DNA of 64,000 nt from Bacteroidota bacterium (GTDB lineage Bacteria > Bacteroidota > Bacteroidia > Flavobacteriales > Flavobacteriaceae), in assembly GCA_039184335.1 (NCBI GenBank), contig JBCDBD010000012.1, positions 3,780 through 67,779 of the forward strand, written 5' to 3'. Below, piece after piece: positions 59,671-64,000 of the stretch (the stretch's first letter is position 1; the number at the start of each line of letters is the position of its first letter). The translations under genes and the position numbers were made by a program. The notes beneath the pieces are model-generated. The model had not been told where the DNA came from and searched no databases. It worked only from the letters and a program-made list of their open reading frames with translations.

Positions 59671-60213
59671 TTAAGCTGATTTACCTGCTTTTCTTCTTAT
59701 CTGTTCACCAACAAACCTGATTCCTTTTCCTTTATAAGGCTCTGGTTTACGGAAAGAACGGATTTTTGCCGCTACTGCCCCTACAAGTTGTTTATCGTGC
59801 GATGTCAATTTTACAATTGGATTTTTACCTTTTTCTGAAACGGTCTCAATTTTGACTTCAGGTGCAATATGCATTACAATATTGTGTGAAAAGCCTAGTG
59901 CCATATCCAATTTCTGTCCTTGGTTGCTGGCCCTATAACCTACACCGACCAGTTCAAGCTCTTTCGTCCACCCTTTTGAGACACCTTCGACCATATTGGC
60001 AAACAGGGCCCTGTACAAACCATGTTTTGATTTATGTTCTTTAGACTCAGACAGTCGTGACAACACTATACTACCGTCTTCCATTTTAACCTCAACGCCT
60101 GAAAACTCTTGGGTCAATTCTCCCAATTTTCCCTTGACCGTAACAACGGCATCATTGATCTCTACGGACACACCTTCAGGAATCGAAACTGGATTATTAC
60201 CTATTCTAGACAT
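59671..60213 (-). CDS. rplF: 50S ribosomal protein L6
   Basis: 180 aa, MSRIGNNPVSIPEGV... Confidence 0.97.
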   Translation of the reverse strand: MSRIGNNPVSIPEGVSVEINDAVVTVKGKLGELTQEFSGVEVKMEDGSIVLSRLSESKEHKSKHGLYRALFANMVEGVSKGWTKELELVGVGYRASNQGQKLDMALGFSHNIVMHIAPEVKIETVSEKGKNPIVKLTSHDKQLVGAVAAKIRSFRKPEPYKGKGIRFVGEQIRRKAGKSA

Positions 60214-60233
60214 TTTCTAACTCTTTATTCTTT

Positions 60234-60632
60234 TTAATATACGTAGCATAAAACCTCTCCACCAACATTCTCTCGCTTCGCCTGTTTACTTGTCATGACA
60301 CCATGCGATGTTGATACGATGGCTATACCCAATCCATTCAACACCCGCGGGAGTTCTTCAGAGTTTGAATACTTTCGAAGACCGGGCTTGCTCACACGCT
60401 GTAATTTCTTTATCACAGGTTCTTTGGTGAACTTGTCATATTTCAATGCGATTTTGATATTACCCTGTATGTTATCGTCTTCAAACTTGTAACTCAATAC
60501 ATAGCCTTGGTCAAATAGGATTTTGGTCATTTCCTTTTTCAAGTTCGATGCTGGAATGTTAACCACCCTATGGCCAGCCCTACTGGCGTTTCGAATTCTT
60601 GTCAAATAATCTGATATCGGATCTGTAAGCAT
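60234..60632 (-). CDS. rpsH: 30S ribosomal protein S8
   Basis: 132 aa, TDPISDYLTRIRNA... Confidence 0.97.
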   Translation of the reverse strand: MLTDPISDYLTRIRNASRAGHRVVNIPASNLKKEMTKILFDQGYVLSYKFEDDNIQGNIKIALKYDKFTKEPVIKKLQRVSKPGLRKYSNSEELPRVLNGLGIAIVSTSHGVMTSKQAKRENVGGEVLCYVY

Positions 60633-60655
60633 TTCTACTACTCTTTAAATTCTGT

Positions 60656-60925
60656 TTACCAACTTGCCTTTTTAACACCAGGTATCAATCCCTGATTGGC
60701 CATTTCCCTAAAAGTGACCCTTGAGATGCCAAAGGTCCTCATATATCCTCTAGGCCTTCCAGTCAATTTACAACGGTTGCGCATACGCACTGGTGATGCA
60801 TTTTTAGGCAATTTTTGCAAAGCCTCATAGTCACCTGCCTCTTTTAAGGCTTTACGCTTTTCCGCATATTTGGCTACCATTTTCGCCCTTTTTATTTCAC
60901 GGGCTTTCATTGATTCTTTGGCCAT
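60656..60925 (-). CDS. rpsN: 30S ribosomal protein S14 (long, non-zinc form)
   Basis: 89 aa ending in ...[11 protein letters not shown]. It has no CxxC pairs. Confidence 0.95.
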   Translation of the reverse strand: MAKESMKAREIKRAKMVAKYAEKRKALKEAGDYEALQKLPKNASPVRMRNRCKLTGRPRGYMRTFGISRVTFREMANQGLIPGVKKASW

Positions 60926-60926
60926 G

Positions 60927-61478
60927 TCAGTTCTTTTTAAAGGGTAACCCCAATTCGGTTAATAATGATTTTGCCTCTTTGTCAGTTGCAGCAGAGGTCA
61001 CAAAAGTGATGTCCATACCATTGATCCTGTTGATTTTGTCAATATTTATCTCAGGAAAGATGATTTGTTCTGTAACACCAAGATTGTAATTTCCCCTTCC
61101 ATCAAAGCCGGTTGCCCGAACTCCTTGAAAATCGCGTACCCTAGGTAAGGCAGTAGTGATCAAACGATCCAAAAACTCGTACATACGTTCTCCCCTGAGG
61201 GTCACTTTGGCACCTATGGGCATGCCTTTGCGCAACTTGAACGCGGCAACGTCTTTTTTGGAGACGGTCGCTATAGCTTTTTGCCCTGTGATCATGGTCA
61301 ATTCATCAACCGCATGGTCAATTAGCTTTTTGTCAGCAACTGCGGCACCAACGCCCCTGCTTACTACAATTTTCTGCAGCTTGGGCACCTGCATCACATT
61401 TTTGTACCCAAATTCATCAGAAAGTGCTTTGATGACACGTTCTTTGTATTCTTGCTTTAATCTTGGAATGTAACTCAT
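60927..61478 (-). CDS. rplE: 50S ribosomal protein L5
   Basis: 183 aa. It has a ...[22 protein letters not shown]... region. Confidence 0.97.
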   Translation of the reverse strand: MSYIPRLKQEYKERVIKALSDEFGYKNVMQVPKLQKIVVSRGVGAAVADKKLIDHAVDELTMITGQKAIATVSKKDVAAFKLRKGMPIGAKVTLRGERMYEFLDRLITTALPRVRDFQGVRATGFDGRGNYNLGVTEQIIFPEINIDKINRINGMDITFVTSAATDKEAKSLLTELGLPFKKN

Positions 61479-61480
61479 AA

Positions 61481-61792
61481 CTAAATTACTTCATTGGACT
61501 TTTTGGAAACCCTGACTTTCTTTCCATCCCGCATTTCATAACCAACCCTGGTTGCCTCTCCTTTGGAATCGATCAATGAAAGGTTGGAGATATGTATGGG
61601 AGCCTCTTTTTTCACAATGCCCCCTTGTGGATTTTTTGCACTTGGCTTCTCGTGTTTTGAAACCATATTGGCCCCTTCCACAATAGCTTTGTTCTTTTCT
61701 CGGTCGACACGCATCACTTTGCCCTCGGTACCTTTGTGGTCTCCGGTCATGATCCTCACCGTATCGCCTGTTTTAATCTTTAACTTTGCCAT
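61481..61792 (-). CDS. rplX: 50S ribosomal protein L24
   Basis: 103 aa with a KOW motif ([21 protein letters not shown]). Confidence 0.97.
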   Translation of the reverse strand: MAKLKIKTGDTVRIMTGDHKGTEGKVMRVDREKNKAIVEGANMVSKHEKPSAKNPQGGIVKKEAPIHISNLSLIDSKGEATRVGYEMRDGKKVRVSKKSNEVI

Positions 61793-61803
61793 TTTACTTT
61801 TAA

Positions 61804-62172
61804 TTACAGTACCTCGGGGGCCAATGATACAATTTTCATAAATTGACGATCGCGCAATTCCCTTGCTACAGGACCAAAGACCCTAGTACCCCTCATCTCT
61901 CCCGTTGGGTTCAACAATACACAGGCATTGTCATCAAATCGTATATATGATCCATCGGGTCTTCTGACTTCTTTTTTGGTACGCACGACCACTGCTGTGG
62001 ACACAGATCCCTTTTTCACGGTTCCGTTTGGCGCAGCCTCTTTGACCGTAACCACAATTTTATCACCCACCGATGCATACCTTCTTTTCGTACCTCCGAG
62101 TACACGGATGGTCAAAACCTCTTTTGCACCTGTATTATCCGCGACTTTTAACTTAGATTCTTGTTGTACCAT
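61804..62172 (-). CDS. rplN: 50S ribosomal protein L14
   Basis: 122 aa, [18 protein letters not shown]... Confidence 0.97.
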   Translation of the reverse strand: MVQQESKLKVADNTGAKEVLTIRVLGGTKRRYASVGDKIVVTVKEAAPNGTVKKGSVSTAVVVRTKKEVRRPDGSYIRFDDNACVLLNPTGEMRGTRVFGPVARELRDRQFMKIVSLAPEVL

Positions 62173-62174
62173 GA

Positions 62175-62438
62175 TTATTTAGCTCTTTCAAGGATTTCAA
62201 CCAATCTCCAACATTTTGTTTTGCTCAACGGTCTGGTTTCCATAATTTTTACGGTATCGCCTTCGTTGCAATCATTTTTTTCATCATGGGCAACGTACTT
62301 TTTGGTTTTTAAAACGAATTTACCGTACATGGGATGTTTTACACGTTTCACCTCAGACACGACAATGGACTTTTCCATTTTGTTGCTGGTAACAACGCCT
62401 ATCCTTTCTTTTCTTAAATTTCTTGTGTTTTCTTCCAT
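62175..62438 (-). CDS. rpsQ: 30S ribosomal protein S17
   Basis: 87 aa, ...[19 protein letters not shown]...[13 protein letters not shown]. Confidence 0.95.
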   Translation of the reverse strand: MEENTRNLRKERIGVVTSNKMEKSIVVSEVKRVKHPMYGKFVLKTKKYVAHDEKNDCNEGDTVKIMETRPLSKTKCWRLVEILERAK

Positions 62439-62451
62439 AAGGCCGAACCCG

Positions 62452-62643
62452 TTATTGTAATTCCCTTTTTGTTAACTCTGTTGCCAATCGCGCTACCGTT
62501 CTTCTCGCTTTCCTGATTTGCATCGGATTCTCTAACGGCGTCACTGTGTGTGCCATTTTTAAATCAGCGTACTCTTTTTTCGTTTCAGCCAACTTTTGCT
62601 GAAGTTCTTCAACCGATAGTTCTTTTATCTCTTGTTGTTTCAT
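62452..62643 (-). CDS. rpmC: 50S ribosomal protein L29
   Basis: 63 aa, ...[23 protein letters not shown]... Confidence 0.95.
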   Translation of the reverse strand: MKQQEIKELSVEELQQKLAETKKEYADLKMAHTVTPLENPMQIRKARRTVARLATELTKRELQ

Positions 62644-62663
62644 TTCGTATCAGTTTTTTTTAC

Positions 62664-63083
62664 TTACCCAGCATAATCCCTGGCAATCACAAACTTTGTC
62701 TTTACAGGTAATTTTTGTGCGGCCAATCGAAGCGCTTCTTTGGCAATGTCATGGGGAACACCAGCAACCTCGAACATGATTCTTCCAGGTTTGACAACGG
62801 CCACCCAATATTCAGGAGCACCCTTACCTTTACCCATACGTACCTCTAAAGGCTTTTTCGTGATAGGCTTGTCTGGAAAAATCTTGATCCATAACTGGCC
62901 TTGCCTTTTCATATATCTTGTCGCAGCAATACGGGCAGCCTCTATCTGACGGGAGGTGATAAAATGGGAATCCAAAGACTTAATGCCGAACATTCCATTG
63001 GAAAGCTGATGTCCTCTTTGGGAATTACCTTTCATCCTACCTTTTTGGGCTTTACGAAATTTTGTTCTTTTAGGCTGTAACAT
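62664..63083 (-). CDS. rplP: 50S ribosomal protein L16
   Basis: 139 aa, [19 protein letters not shown]... Confidence 0.97.
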   Translation of the reverse strand: MLQPKRTKFRKAQKGRMKGNSQRGHQLSNGMFGIKSLDSHFITSRQIEAARIAATRYMKRQGQLWIKIFPDKPITKKPLEVRMGKGKGAPEYWVAVVKPGRIMFEVAGVPHDIAKEALRLAAQKLPVKTKFVIARDYAG

Positions 63084-63103
63084 CTTACCTTGTGTTTATC
63101 TTA

Positions 63104-63820
63104 TTACTTTCTGCGACGCTGCCTTTTGGGCCCGTCTTGTTTTCCAGATTTTCCTTGTCCTTTTGACAGACCCACCAACGGCGACAGTTCACGTTTGCCA
63201 TATACCTCACCTTTCATGATCCAAACCTTAATGCCCAATCTACCATAAGTGGTATGGGCCTCTACCAAGGCGTAATCTACATCGGCCCTAAAGGTTGAAA
63301 GTGGGATTCTACCTTCCTTATACGATTCAGAACGCGCCATCTCTGCACCGTTCAAACGACCTGAGATCTGAATCTTTATACCTTCGGCGTTCATTCGAAT
63401 TGCAGCTGCAATGGCCATTTTAATGGCCCTTCGGTATGAAATTCTACTTTCAATCTGTCTCGCCACACTTGCGGCTACCAAATTGGCATCAAGTTCCGGT
63501 CTTTTTATCTCATGAATATTGATCTGAACTTCCTTGTTGGTGATTTTCTTCAGCTCTTCCTTAAGCTTATCAACTTCTTGGCCTCCTTTACCAATGATAA
63601 TCCCTGGCCTAGCTGTGGTGATGGTAATTGTGATCAACTTTAGGGTACGCTCGATGATTACCCTAGAAACACTGGCTTTCGCCAAACGGGCATGGATGTA
63701 TTTTCTAATTTTATCATCCTCGGCCAGTTTATCCCCATAATCGTTACCGCCATACCAGTTGGATTCCCACCCCCTGATAATACCTAAACGATTTCCTATC
63801 GGATTGGTTTTTTGTCCCAT
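63104..63820 (-). CDS. rpsC: 30S ribosomal protein S3
   Basis: 238 aa, [18 protein letters not shown]... It has a KH domain and a basic tail. Confidence 0.97.
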   Translation of the reverse strand: MGQKTNPIGNRLGIIRGWESNWYGGNDYGDKLAEDDKIRKYIHARLAKASVSRVIIERTLKLITITITTARPGIIIGKGGQEVDKLKEELKKITNKEVQINIHEIKRPELDANLVAASVARQIESRISYRRAIKMAIAAAIRMNAEGIKIQISGRLNGAEMARSESYKEGRIPLSTFRADVDYALVEAHTTYGRLGIKVWIMKGEVYGKRELSPLVGLSKGQGKSGKQDGPKRQRRRK

Positions 63821-63821
63821 A

Positions 63822-64000
63822 TTATGCTTTAGCTTCTGTATTATTGTAAGCCCCCAAAACCAATGTAACGTGGTTCGAACGCTTTCTTATTCTATGTGCC
63901 CTACCTTGAGGTGCAGGTCGTAATCTCTTCAACATCGTACCGCCATCAACACGAATTTCCTTGATAAAAAGATCGGCATCCTCGATGTTGCCGTTCTCGT
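63822..64000 (-). CDS. rplV: 50S ribosomal protein L22 (3' part, runs off window end)
   Basis: My translation of the minus strand gives ...[32 protein letters not shown] with the stop at 63822..63824. Confidence 0.85.
   Translation of the reverse strand, partial: ENGNIEDADLFIKEIRVDGGTMLKRLRPAPQGRAHRIRKRSNHVTLVLGAYNNTEAKA

Overview
This is a chromosomal window from a marine Flavobacteriia-type (Bacteroidota) genome. The assignment rests on three things: Bacteroidota-style TAnnTTTG -7 boxes, many lipoproteins, and the ribosomal gene order followed by carA-eno. Most of the window is housekeeping. It holds a glyoxylate-shunt operon aceB-aceA with a divergent RamB/ScfR-like XRE regulator (0.6-5.2 kb). 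Next come assorted metabolic and envelope genes (5-19 kb). A small accessory stretch follows (19-28 kb) with a decayed DUF2306 gene, lipoproteins, an OmpA-family protein and a Y_Y_Y sensor kinase with its LuxR-type response regulator. After that lie folD-ffh, then a very acidic repeat lipoprotein divergent from an ECF sigma / FecR / TonB-dependent transducer trio (30-36 kb). A divergent blh / proteorhodopsin pair (36.2-38.0 kb) comes next. It is followed by argS, two guanidino-group-modifying enzyme paralogs flanking a LytTR regulator, then gltA, a glycogen-synthase-like gene, eno and carA. The last 11 kb is the minus-strand ribosomal cluster, running from rplV (partial) through secY-infA-rpmJ-rpsM-rpsK-rpsD-rpoA to rplQ. 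I found no rRNA, tRNA, CRISPR array, transposase, integrase or phage genes. I could not identify a convincing wholly new multi-gene system. The best candidates for follow-up are listed here.
- The acidic lipoprotein plus cell-surface-signalling cluster next to the rhodopsin locus.
- The palindromic operator candidates in the aceB/regulator intergenic region.
- The multiply disrupted DUF2306 gene.
- Two translationally coupled micro-ORFs downstream of aceA.
All product calls come from motif and family recognition by eye on the supplied translations. No database search was run.
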